A stretch of DNA of 64,000 nt from positions 3,392 to 67,391 of the IMG/VR virus record IMGVR_UViG_3300015371_000026. One strand, written 5' to 3'. Source of the DNA: a virus. The translations under genes and the position numbers were made by a program. The stretch's first letter is position 1, and every line of letters starts with the position of its first letter. The notes below the pieces were generated by a model that saw only the letters and a program-made list of their open reading frames with translations, did not search any database and had not been told where the DNA came from. Positions 49,959-59,745 of the stretch are shown here, one piece after another.

Positions 49959-50798
49959 TCAGTCGGCGTCGAACGTCTCGACGTAGATCGGCGAGATGCC
50001 GAAGAACCGCTCTGTCTCCTCGCGTGCCCGCTCGCTACCGCCAGGAATCCCTCTGCTGTAGCGATCGCGCTTCATGAACAGCCTGTAGCCCGTCCCGAAC
50101 CCGCTCGGTGTGAACGAGTACGCGCTCCCGCTCGCCAGCGTTCGCGTCACCTCCTGCTTGCGCTCCGGCGTCACCTCGAACGGGATACCCGGTACTCGCT
50201 CCGACTGCGCGAGACGCGCGCGCGCCTCGGGGATGCGCACCTCGAGGATCTGCTTGATCGTGTGATTCGCCTGCTCGATCACGTCAGCCTTCGCGATCTT
50301 GCTCGCAGAGAGCTGACGCTTCGTGTAGACGACCTTCGTCCCCGCACCGTCGGCGGAGTCCCAGACGATCGTCGTCTCGTCGGAGTACGAGTCCTTGCGG
50401 TTCTCGCCGAACTCGCGATACCCTGGCCCCTGCGTAACTGTGCCGAGCATCTTCGACTTCCCGTGGACGACGCGATCGCCTGCGCGCGGCGCGTCGATCC
50501 ACTTGCGCGGGTTGTCGATGTAGAACGAGTCCTCGACGCCGTAGCGGTCGAACGTGCGCCGACCGAGCGGAGTGTCGAAGCTGACGTGCCCAGACGCGAG
50601 CGAGTAGCTGTCGCGACTGTTCGGGTAGAAGTTGATGAGGATCTCGACGTCGGGCGAAGTGAGCGCCAGCACCTTGAACGCTGGCATCCAGTTCGTCTTC
50701 GGCTCGACTCGTACCTCACGCTCGAACCCTTCCGGTGTCTCGATCTCGCGCAGCATGCGCGCGACCGTCGGTACTGACTGCGTCTTCTGTGCTGCCAT
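49959..50798 (-). CDS. Hypothetical protein
   Basis: ATG 50798 with array RBS; C-terminal FTPSGFGTGY. Confidence 0.6.
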   Translation of the reverse strand: MAAQKTQSVPTVARMLREIETPEGFEREVRVEPKTNWMPAFKVLALTSPDVEILINFYPNSRDSYSLASGHVSFDTPLGRRTFDRYGVEDSFYIDNPRKWIDAPRAGDRVVHGKSKMLGTVTQGPGYREFGENRKDSYSDETTIVWDSADGAGTKVVYTKRQLSASKIAKADVIEQANHTIKQILEVRIPEARARLAQSERVPGIPFEVTPERKQEVTRTLASGSAYSFTPSGFGTGYRLFMKRDRYSRGIPGGSERAREETERFFGISPIYVETFDAD

Positions 50799-51595
50799 CG
50801 TGCTCACCTCCAGCTTTCTGCGTACTCGCGCGGGTAGCACCACTTCGCCGCCGCCCACGCGTAGTCGCTGATGACTTCGGCCTCAAGATGAGACCACTTC
50901 GGGTCTGCAAGCAGCTCGTCGAGCATCGCGTCTTTCGCAGCTTCGAGATCACCCGCCCGACGACCGATGTCGAGTAGACGCTCGCGATCGCCACGGTCAA
51001 GCTTCACGTATGTCGGCAACTTCGCCATCGCTCACCTCACTCTGTCGTGGTAGTAGACGTTCCAGCCGTCCCAGCGCACGCGGCCGTCCGTCGCCTTCTC
51101 GACTCGCCGCAGCACCTTGCGCGCAGCGTCCATCTCGCTGTACTCCGGCTCGTCGGCGTTCGCGCCCAGGCACCACATCGCGTACTCGGCCAGCACGCAC
51201 GCAGCCTCGTCCGAGGGCAGCTCCAGCCGTAGGCTGTAGCCGCGCCCTCTCGTGATCCGGCGAGCCGCCAGCCAGGCGACGCGCAACTCCCGCGCGCCGC
51301 GCTCGATCTCGGGCTCGTCAGTGTACTGCTGTCCGGCCATGACGCCGGTGCCGCTGAAGTACGTCTCGAACGCTCCTGGCACGTCGATCTGCATCTCACT
51401 CACCCCTCTCCTCGTCTTCGACTTCGAGTCGAACGACCAGACACTCGCCGCGCTGGCCGTGCTCGCTCGCCTCGCGATGCAGCGTGCGCACCGCCGTCTT
51501 CATGCCCTGCTCGTCTTCCGCAGTGGCGCGATCGCCGCTGACCGAATGAACGATCACGTACATCGTGCTCACCTCCCTGTTGCTCGTCTTCCAGA

Positions 51596-51642
51596 TGACC
51601 CCCGATCGGAGTCGAACCGATCGTTGTCGAACCGTCGGGGTC
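51596..51642 (-). ncRNA. tRNA-like minihelix (acceptor-like stem + T arm)
   Basis: GACCCC..CGAUCGG UUCGACU CCGAUCG GGGGUC A; intergenic. Confidence 0.45.
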
Positions 51643-54160
51643 GCTGCGAGCGACTAGCGCTCGCTTTCCTCAAGCTGCTGGATCTCCGCGTGCGTCTCGC
51701 GCAGCTCAGCTGCCTTGCGCTCGAACTCGTCTGCGATCGTCAGCAGGTTGTCCCCGTTGATCTCCCAGCCGAGATCTTCGCGCCAGTTGCCGCGACGCAG
51801 TACGACGATCGCCTGGCCCATGACTGTCTCGCTCAGCGTCATCGCGATCACTGCTCCTTTACGACGACGTGGAACTGTCGCCCGTCGCGCAGATGAACGA
51901 CGAACCCGCTATCGCGAGTCATCCACGTTCCGCCCGCGTAGTTCTCGGTCGTCGCCTCTTCCAGCTCGTCGACGTCGATCGAGCTGTCGACGTCCTCGGG
52001 ATGCCCGATCGCCTTGTCGACGACCTCCTGCAGAAACATCGCGAACTCGACCTCGGTGAGCGTCTGCTCGTCCTCGTCGGGCTCGTCTTCGCGTGAGTAG
52101 AAGTCGTACATCGCTCTCACCTCTCCGGAATGTTGTACTGGACGTTGAACTCGTACGTCGCGCGCGCCTCTGTTAGCTCGACGCGTGACGCGATCCACAC
52201 CATCTGATCGGTGCGCGTGTTGATCTCGACGAAGTACCGATACCCGGCGGCGACGACCGTCGTGATCTCGCCAGCGTCGGGCTGATCTTTCCAGTCCCAG
52301 ACGATCGGGACGATGTCGATTCGCTCGTTCATCTCAGCTCACCTCGCCTGGGTAACCGTCGGCGACGCAGCTCGGGCAGACGGGTCCGTACTCGTCGACG
52401 CTCCACTGGCCGCACTTGCAAAGGCCAGCCTGCTCGTTCAAGCCGACGGCGATCTTCGACGCCAGCTCGACCATCTTGGCGTAGCGCGCGGCCGCGACCG
52501 GCGAGACGCTTCCGTGCGCCTGCCAGTTCACCTCTGCGCCCTTCAGCTCTCCGCCGAAGCGCTCCTCTGGCTTCCAGATCTCGACCTTCGCCAGCGGTGT
52601 CGCGGGCTGCTCGTTCGGCCACAGCTCCAGCGAGTAGTGGCTTCCGTCCTCGATCTTGTACAGCGTCGTGTTCTCGTCCTTACTGATGACGATTAGCTCC
52701 TTCATCGTTCCTCACCTCCCTGCGCGCTCGCGCGCGCGTCGACTTTTGTTGTGCGTCTCTCGCACCGGGCCGCTCCGGTCAGAGCCGGAGTCGACCGCTA
52801 CGGCCGCAGTCATCGCAGACTTCCGCGCCGTAGCTCGACCAGCTCGAACTGGTCGAGATCGTCTCTACTGGCGTAGTGGAGCGCGAGCGTGTCGCGACCG
52901 CGCTGGATCGCCTCGACGTACGTTTGCGCGATCACGTCTGTTGTACGTCCGAACCCCATGCGCTCGTGGCGCCAGGCCAGCTTCCATTCGTAGGCTCGGT
53001 CTCTCATCGTTCTCACCTCTCCTCTGCGATGTCGACGAAGTCGACGCCGCTTCCGTAGGGATAGCCGTTGACGACGCTCGCGTGAACAAGCTCGTCGCCG
53101 CGCGTGTACAGCGTGACGCGGAGCCCGTTCGTCGCGAGCGCTCGCGCGTTCTCTGCCACGACCGCGTTCGCGCGCTTCGAGTACAGGATCGCGTAGGCGT
53201 GACCGAACCCGTGAAGACCGTCGCCGTGGGTACGAACGCCGAAGTCCTTGTAGCAGCCTGCTCGACGATCGCTGCGCCAACGAAGTCCGAGCGCGCTCAG
53301 CTCGTCGCGGATCTTCTGTGCCTGGAGCGTGATCATCGCTCTCACCTCTCGTCGTAGTAGTGGTCGACCATCTCGACGTGCACGGGCGTCTCCACTCGCG
53401 GGAACGCCTCCGCCCAGGAGACGACTCGCCCGTCCGGCATCCGGACGGCGTTGATCGCGACGTCGTACGCCGCGTCGATGTGCTGCTTCTTCTTCATCGT
53501 TCTCACCTCGCCTCGCGCGTACGCGCGTCTACGAACAGGCGCTCTCGATCTCGAAGCGCTCGTCCTCGGTCATCGTCTTCCACACTTTCCGGATGCGCGC
53601 CTCGATCCCCGTGCGGAACTGCAGCGGGCGCGTTCGAGCCTCGAATACCAGCTTCCAGTATGTCTCGACGTTCGTCATCGTGCTCACCTCTCCTCGATCT
53701 CGTAGGACGCTGCCTTGCGACTGTCGCCACCAGCGACGTCGCGGCGCGCGTTCAGATTGCGTCGACGCAAAAGATCCTGCGCCATCAGCTCGACGTTCTC
53801 GCGCGAACTCGCGATACGAAGACGCGCGCTGCCGATCTGCTCTCCGTCCTTCGTCAGAAGTTTGATCAGGTACTTCATCGTCGCTCACCTCTCAGTCTCT
53901 CTCGTCGATCTGCTCGCCCTTGCACCGGAACTTCCAGCAGCAAAGACCCGTCAGTACGATGTACAGCTCGATAGCGATCAGAACGATCATCGCTCTCACC
54001 TCTCCTCGCGGTCGAGCAGAACGTGCAGGCTCGACCAGTTGTGCATGAAGTCGTGCGCCCAGCTTGAAACGTCCAGCAGCATAAGCGCGACGTGCGCGCC
54101 GTGGATGACGAACTCGAACATGTGTCTCGCTCCGTTCCGCAGGCGACGTTTGCGCCCGCT

Positions 54161-54219
54161 CGAAGTTTCGGCCGTGCTCTCGGCCATCGTCAGCGCGCCA
54201 GCGTTAGGCGCGGACTTCG
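54161..54219 (-). ncRNA. Hammerhead ribozyme, type III
   Basis: CGAAGU C CGCGCC uaacgcu GGCGCG CUGACGA u GGCCG agagca CGGCC GAA ACUUCG. Confidence 0.85.
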
Positions 54220-54643
54220 TTCGTAACTCATCTGCCACATTCCGAGACTCGCGCGCGTCGCGTCTTATCTACTCGGCCGACTAACGACGCGTCCTGCACT
54301 CGCTGGCGTCTTCGCCGCGCGTCACCGCTTCGTTCGTTCGCTCTCGCTCGTTCGGCTCGTCAGCCTGCCCCGGCTCTCGTGCATCCGGGCGGCTCGCTTC
54401 TCGCGCGCGAGTCTCGTACTGCGTGTGACGCTCGCTCGTCTCGCGTCGTTCGTTAGTGGCTTCGTCATCTGTTATCCGGCTTTCGTTAGTTGGGCTATCG
54501 AGGGAGTCGCGCGTTCGACTCGGAATCTCGATCCCCGCTACTCGCCGGTGACCGCGGGGGGCTGTTCTCGGGAGGTCGCCCCTTCACCTTATGGCCCTCG
54601 TCTCGCGCTCTCTCGCTCTCTCTCCTCTCTCTCGACTAGCTAC

Positions 54644-54672
54644 ATCGTACGTCTTACGTACGAATCTGTATA
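54644..54672 (-). promoter_or_regulatory. Leftward promoter with overlapping inverted repeat (operator candidate)
   Basis: TATACA-N17-TACGAT on the minus strand; TCGTACGT-ctt-ACGTACGA at 54645-54663; locally AT-rich. Confidence 0.5.
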
Positions 54673-54778
54673 CGAAGAATCTACGTATGGCTCTAAGGAA
54701 ATCTATGGAAATAGCGACTTTTTTGGACGAGGAATGGCTCGCCAAGCGCTCTCGCGTCTGGGATACTGCGTCGACTCG

Positions 54779-54970
54779 ATGAGCCAGAACGACCTCTCCA
54801 GCGAGCCCGTCTTCGAGGCGTACGTGGGCGCACCGTGCGAGCGCGAGCTACACCAAGCGCTGACGAAGATCGCGCGACGTAACGACCGCAGTCTCGCCGC
54901 AGAGATCAGACGCGCGCTACGACGACACGTCGAGCGGGAAACGCCGGAGCTACCGGCGGCAACGGCATGA
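54779..54970 (+). CDS. Arc/RHH-type regulator
   Basis: ELHQALTKIARRNDRSLAAEIRRAL. Confidence 0.7.
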   Translation: MSQNDLSSEPVFEAYVGAPCERELHQALTKIARRNDRSLAAEIRRALRRHVERETPELPAATA

Positions 54971-56115
54971 ACACAGCGACGACGAACGTCACTGACGTCT
55001 CACCCGTCGAGGCGAATCGCGTCAACGCATACGTGACGACGACGCGGCGTGGTCGCTACTACTCGTGGCGTGACGAGAACTTCTGGAGCGTCACGACGAT
55101 GATCAACGGCGGCGTTCCGAAGGGCGACGTACTCGTCAACTGGGCCAAGAAGTTCACAGCTGAGTACGCGTGCGACAACTTCGAGCAGCTGCGCCAACTT
55201 CTAACGCCGCGCGGCGGTAGTTCGCGCGACATCGACCTCGAACTCGCTGCCGCACAGATCGAGGCGATCGCGCGTCTCGTCGAGATCGCGCGTACGAGTA
55301 ACGTCGAAATCGACCGCGAACTCGCGCTGGCGCAGCTTCGCGCCGTCGCTGTCGCGCTTCAGTCGCGCGGCGGGTACGTCGACAGGGACGCAGCTGTCCA
55401 GTGGCTGAAGGACGCCGCGTATCGCGACCGCGATCGCAAAGGCCAGCTCGGCGAGAAGATCCACGACGCCATCGAGGCGTACGTGCTCGGCCAGCCGTTT
55501 CCGAAGTGGACGCCCGACATTCTCCCGCGTATGAACGCGTTCGAGCGGTTCCTGGCACGCTACGAACCGAACTACGAGATCGGGATGACAGAGGCGTCGG
55601 TGTTCAATCGGTCTCACCGCTACGCCGGTCGCGCCGACACAGTCTTCGAGATCGGACGAGGTCCGCATAAAGGACGACGCGTGCTGAACGACTACAAGTC
55701 TGGCGGGAAGGACGTCTACCCAGAAGCCGCGCTTCAGCTCGCTGCGTATCGTCGCGCAGAGTTCGTCGGTGCGCCAGACGGCTCGGAGCAGCCGATGCCG
55801 CCTGTCGACATGACTACGGTGCTCTGGCTGCCTGACGACGGCGAGTTCCGACTGGTCGAGGTCGCGACGACAGACGACGTCTTCCGCGCGTTCCTATACG
55901 TGCGCGAGAACTATCGCTGGGCTGACTCGATCAGTAAAGGTGTCGTGCTCGGAAACGTCGCGAGCGACCCGCCGCAGCCAGCATCTGACGCTGAGCGCGA
56001 ACTCGCGAACGAGCTAGCACGTTCTGATTCGCCCCACGGCGAAGAGGGGGAGGGCGAGGCCAGCGCTGGCGGCGAACAGGTCATCGCTCTCCCCCTCCCC
56101 CCGGAGAAGACGTGA
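54967..56115 (+). CDS. PD-(D/E)xK exonuclease (RecE/Cas4-like)
   Basis: SVTT, G.KIHDAIE, YAGRAD, DYKSG, QLAAY. Confidence 0.8.
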   Translation: MNTATTNVTDVSPVEANRVNAYVTTTRRGRYYSWRDENFWSVTTMINGGVPKGDVLVNWAKKFTAEYACDNFEQLRQLLTPRGGSSRDIDLELAAAQIEAIARLVEIARTSNVEIDRELALAQLRAVAVALQSRGGYVDRDAAVQWLKDAAYRDRDRKGQLGEKIHDAIEAYVLGQPFPKWTPDILPRMNAFERFLARYEPNYEIGMTEASVFNRSHRYAGRADTVFEIGRGPHKGRRVLNDYKSGGKDVYPEAALQLAAYRRAEFVGAPDGSEQPMPPVDMTTVLWLPDDGEFRLVEVATTDDVFRAFLYVRENYRWADSISKGVVLGNVASDPPQPASDAERELANELARSDSPHGEEGEGEASAGGEQVIALPLPPEKT

Positions 56116-56344
56116 GCGACGAGCTGCGCTACTCGGCGACGGTGACGTTCCGCGCGGACGGGGAGGAGTGCACGACGGTCGGGTGGGGAAGGACTCGTAC
56201 CGACGCGATCGACCACGCGCGCGCGCAGGCGAATCGTCGCGAGCAGCGAGACTGGATCCCGATTCTCGTCTCGACGATCGACAGCATCTACGCCGACCTG
56301 ATGGGACGACCGCAGCTCCCGCAGCAGCGCGGAGAACGAACGAC

Positions 56345-57496
56345 GTGAGCCCGATCATCGACATCCAGCGGCGCATGGCCGAACTCGGGCGCATCAGGCT
56401 CGGGACGAAGGGCCCGAAGGGCGAGCCGAAGAAACTGGACACGTTCCGTCTAACCAGCGCCGGGAAGGAGCTGCTGGAGAGCGCCGCAGCGATCTACGGC
56501 GGCGAGGTGCGCCCGTGGACGACCGCGCCGGACGAGGGCCAGTGGGAGCTGATCACCGAGACGAACTCGATGCGCATTCTGATGCCGCCAACGTTCAACG
56601 AGATCGACGGGTCGCCGAGCCACGCGTGGTCGCAGTGGTACGAGCTGTGGTCGCGCGGCGGATGCCAGCGTCGCTGCGACGGGCAGACCGAGTACCTCTC
56701 CGGAGGCCCGTGCATGTGCACGCCTGAGCCCGACGAGCGCGACTGCGAAGTCGTGACCCAGTTCAACATGATCCTGCCCGACGTGGCCGGTCTCGGCGTC
56801 TGGCGTCTGCGCACCGGCGGCTACTACGCGGCGACCGAGACGATCGGGACGCTGGCGCTGCTCGAACGCGCGGCTCAGGAGCACGAGTTCATCCCGGCGG
56901 TGCTGCGGATGGAGCAGCGCTCGGTGAAGCGCCCGAACGAGCCGCCCCGCCGCTTCGTCGTCCCGGTGATCGACCTACCAGATACACGCGTCGCAGATCT
57001 TCTCCCAGCGTCGGTGCGCGCACTGACCCCGGCGCGCTCGACGGACGAGAGACCGGCCCTCCCTGCCAGCTCGCCACCTCTCCCCGCTGGCGAGGGGGCC
57101 GGTTTCGAGAACGACTCGGCGTCGCGCTTCGACTGGGAACCAGCTGACCTACCTGAGCCTGGGCCCGACGCGGGCGGAGAGGGAGTGGCAAACGCCGTCG
57201 AGACACCTGCGGTAAACGTCTCGTTAGAGCACGCGGATCTGGTTGCTGCAGACGAGCCGGTTCTGCACTCGCCGCCCTCTCCGCCGACGTCGACGCCTGT
57301 CGCTACCGAGATTCTGGACGAGCTGATCAACGAGCGTAAGCAGCAGATCTCTGAGGTGCTTGACCAGCTCGGTCAGACGGACTCGATGTCGACGGTCGAG
57401 AAGGTCGGGGAGCAGTACGAGCCGAGCGCGTATCTCGACTGGCTCGATCGCCAGCTCGAACGCGCGCGCGCCAAGCTGGTCGAGGCGAGCGCGTGA
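56345..57496 (+). CDS. Gp3-like recombination / single-strand annealing family protein
   Basis: ELGRIRLG, FRLTS, GCQRRCDG, GLGVWRL.T.GYYAA.E; next to the exonuclease. Confidence 0.7.
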   Translation: MSPIIDIQRRMAELGRIRLGTKGPKGEPKKLDTFRLTSAGKELLESAAAIYGGEVRPWTTAPDEGQWELITETNSMRILMPPTFNEIDGSPSHAWSQWYELWSRGGCQRRCDGQTEYLSGGPCMCTPEPDERDCEVVTQFNMILPDVAGLGVWRLRTGGYYAATETIGTLALLERAAQEHEFIPAVLRMEQRSVKRPNEPPRRFVVPVIDLPDTRVADLLPASVRALTPARSTDERPALPASSPPLPAGEGAGFENDSASRFDWEPADLPEPGPDAGGEGVANAVETPAVNVSLEHADLVAADEPVLHSPPSPPTSTPVATEILDELINERKQQISEVLDQLGQTDSMSTVEKVGEQYEPSAYLDWLDRQLERARAKLVEASA

Positions 57497-58429
57497 ACTG
57501 CCCGCACTGTGGGCATCCGCTGGCGTGGCACGACGAGTACGGGATCTGTCGACCGCGAGTGATGATCGATGCGTCGCAGTGTTACGGGAACGTCGTCGCC
57601 GGACGCTGTACGTACGGCTGCGTGATCCCGGTCGATACTGACGATCTAGCGCACCCGGAGGGCGCGACAGCGTCGTGGGACTATCCATGAAAGGAGAGGT
57701 GAGAGATGCAGGAGAGGTTGCTACCGGCTAGGTACTACGAGCCGAGCGCAGACGAGCACGAGAGGACGATCAACGCGTCGCCGCACGTCGACCGCAGGCG
57801 CTCAGGGCGCGAGCTGTTCGGGCAGGCTGAGGAGCTAGCGTCGGCGCTTCACGAGGCGCACGTGCTAGGCGACGAGCTGCTGGAGCGCTTCGAGCGGATC
57901 GACATGGCGCGACGTGCGCTGGAGCCGCTGGGTCTACTGACTGCTGTCGAGTTCTGCGAGCCGGTGCAGGCAGCGCTTCGGAAGTGGCGGGCTGAGTCGC
58001 GCAGCGTCTTCGACCTGCCCGCGTTCATGTGCGGAGAGCCGGAGTGAGTCGAGCTGATCACACATTCCAGTTCACAGCGTCAGCGATCGCGTCAGCGGCG
58101 CACGACGAAGCTGTGTATCACGCCGAGCGCGCGAAGTACTGGCAGGGAGAGCAGCAGAAGGCCGCCGCGCATATTCGCGAGACGGCGACGGTCGTCGTCA
58201 GCGAGGCGCCTGTTACGGGCGGCTTTCGTATGCACGTCGGGGTCGACTACGGCGACGCAGGTGACTACTTGCGGCTAGGCGAGGCGTACGAGAAGTGGCA
58301 GTCGCATCGCGACGCAGCGGAGCGGTTCCGTAGCGACGCCGAGGTGTACGGCACGCAGGGTGATCGTGTCTACGAGCTGAGTCTCGACGACGTTCACCAC
58401 TTTCGACTTCACGGAGGTGAGAGAGAGAC

Positions 58430-58783
58430 GTGAGGATCTTGTTCGTCACTATCGCGAGCATCGTCGCGGCCTGGGCGCTCTACTGGGCGAGCGGCGCTCA
58501 GGCGCGCGGCGAGTTCAAGCGCGAGGTCCCGTTCTGGTGGCTGCGTCAGGCGCTCTGCGTTCATCACCGCGAGGGGAGCTGGCGCGACCCTCACGCGCCG
58601 TACTACGGCGGTATGCAGATGGACCTCCAGTTCGCGCGCACGTACGGAGGCTGGATGCTGCGCCACCACGGCACGCCAGACCACTGGTCGCCGCGCGCAC
58701 AGCTGATCGTCGCGCATCGCGGCTGGTTGCATCGCGGCTGGTGGCCCTGGCCGAACACGGCGCGCGCCTGCGGGTTGCTCTGA
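58430..58783 (+). CDS. Secreted Rpf-like lytic transglycosylase
   Basis: Signal peptide; CVHHREG, YYGGMQMD, W...AQL, WPNTARACG. Confidence 0.7.
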   Translation: MRILFVTIASIVAAWALYWASGAQARGEFKREVPFWWLRQALCVHHREGSWRDPHAPYYGGMQMDLQFARTYGGWMLRHHGTPDHWSPRAQLIVAHRGWLHRGWWPWPNTARACGLL

Positions 58784-59298
58784 TGCGCACGCCGATCCGT
58801 CTCGAAACCCTCGACAACGAGCACGCCGTCTTTCGCGGGAGTGCAGAGGAGACGTTCACGCGCACGAGTCTCGTCGGCGAGGTCGAACTCAGTCAGCACT
58901 ATCCGGCTGTGATGCTCCAGCGCAGCATCTGGGAAGACATCGGTCGTCCCGTCGCGATGATGCTGACGCTCGAAGCGATCGAGGTGAATGTGTGACTCAC
59001 TACGCGACAGCGCGAACGAGAGATCCCGTGGTCTCTCTCTCGGGCTGCCGGGTAGGCCGCTACTCGACAGCCCACACCAAGCGAAGGAGTTCGACATGAT
59101 CAGCGAGCAGCTGAGAGACGAGATCGTCGCGAACCATCGCGACAACCCGCGTCACGGATCAGACTGTCCAGTTTGTCGAGCGACGGAGGAGGTGAAGGAT
59201 GCGCATGAGGTTGTTGGGCCTGCTGATAGTCGCACTCGGGATCGCGGCGGTGATGGGCGGCGGGTCCGGCTTCAACTAGGTCACGCGGAGAGGGACGC

Positions 59299-59745
59299 AT
59301 GACCGAAGCGCTGGTCGACGTGGTCGTCTACGGGGAAGCTGTGCCAGCTGGGGCTTTGGCGGCTGGGTTTCGCGGAGACGGCCGCGTCTTCCTGCGCCAT
59401 CGCGGCGGCGCTGAACTCGACTCGTGGAAGCGCTCGATCAAAGACGCAGCCGGTACGGCGATGGAGGGGCGCGCGCCGACGCGCGACGCTGTCTACGTCT
59501 CGCTGCGTTTCTTGGCGAAGCGACCGGCTGGCCACTACGGGAAGCGCGGGCTGCGCCCGAGCGCTCCGAAGTTTCCGACCAAGCGCAGCGTCGCAGACGC
59601 AGACAAGCTGACGCGCGCAGTGCTCGACGCGCTGACTGGCATCGTCTACGCAGACGACTCGCAGGTGGTCGAGATGGTGGTCAGCCGCTACTACGCAGAC
59701 GGCTCGCCTGTGCGCTGCGAGATCGTCGTCAGAGGTGTCGAGTGA
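59299..59745 (+). CDS. rusA: RusA-like Holliday junction resolvase
   Basis: DADKLTRAVLDALTGIVYADDSQV. Confidence 0.85.
   Translation: MTEALVDVVVYGEAVPAGALAAGFRGDGRVFLRHRGGAELDSWKRSIKDAAGTAMEGRAPTRDAVYVSLRFLAKRPAGHYGKRGLRPSAPKFPTKRSVADADKLTRAVLDALTGIVYADDSQVVEMVVSRYYADGSPVRCEIVVRGVE

Larger units (their letters stand above)
42857..54002 (-). repeat. About 30 start-associated GAGGTGAG-N(0-6)-ATG motifs heading small genes
   Basis: CATCGCTCTCACCTC exact at 49508, 49801, 52109, 53334, 53988; 1-2 nt variants at 43500, 50796, 51561, 53005, 53495, 53676. Confidence 0.85.

Noticed and set aside
51596-51642. Functional tRNA gene
   Set aside because: Lacks D and anticodon arms; kept only as tRNA-like
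54122-54238. 5' part of ORF 53996-54238
   Set aside because: Overlaps the hammerhead; ATG 54121 has a GGAG RBS and is the likelier start
54340-54365. Third hammerhead at minus-strand CUGACGA
   Set aside because: No stem II/GAAA or cleavage-site stem; it forms a simple GGCU..AGCC hairpin
54425-54778. N-terminal extension of the 181-aa ORF
   Set aside because: Low-complexity translation across the promoter region; the RHH domain starts at ATG 54779
54967-56115. Cas4 of a CRISPR system
   Set aside because: Paired with an annealing-type protein as a phage recombination module; no array
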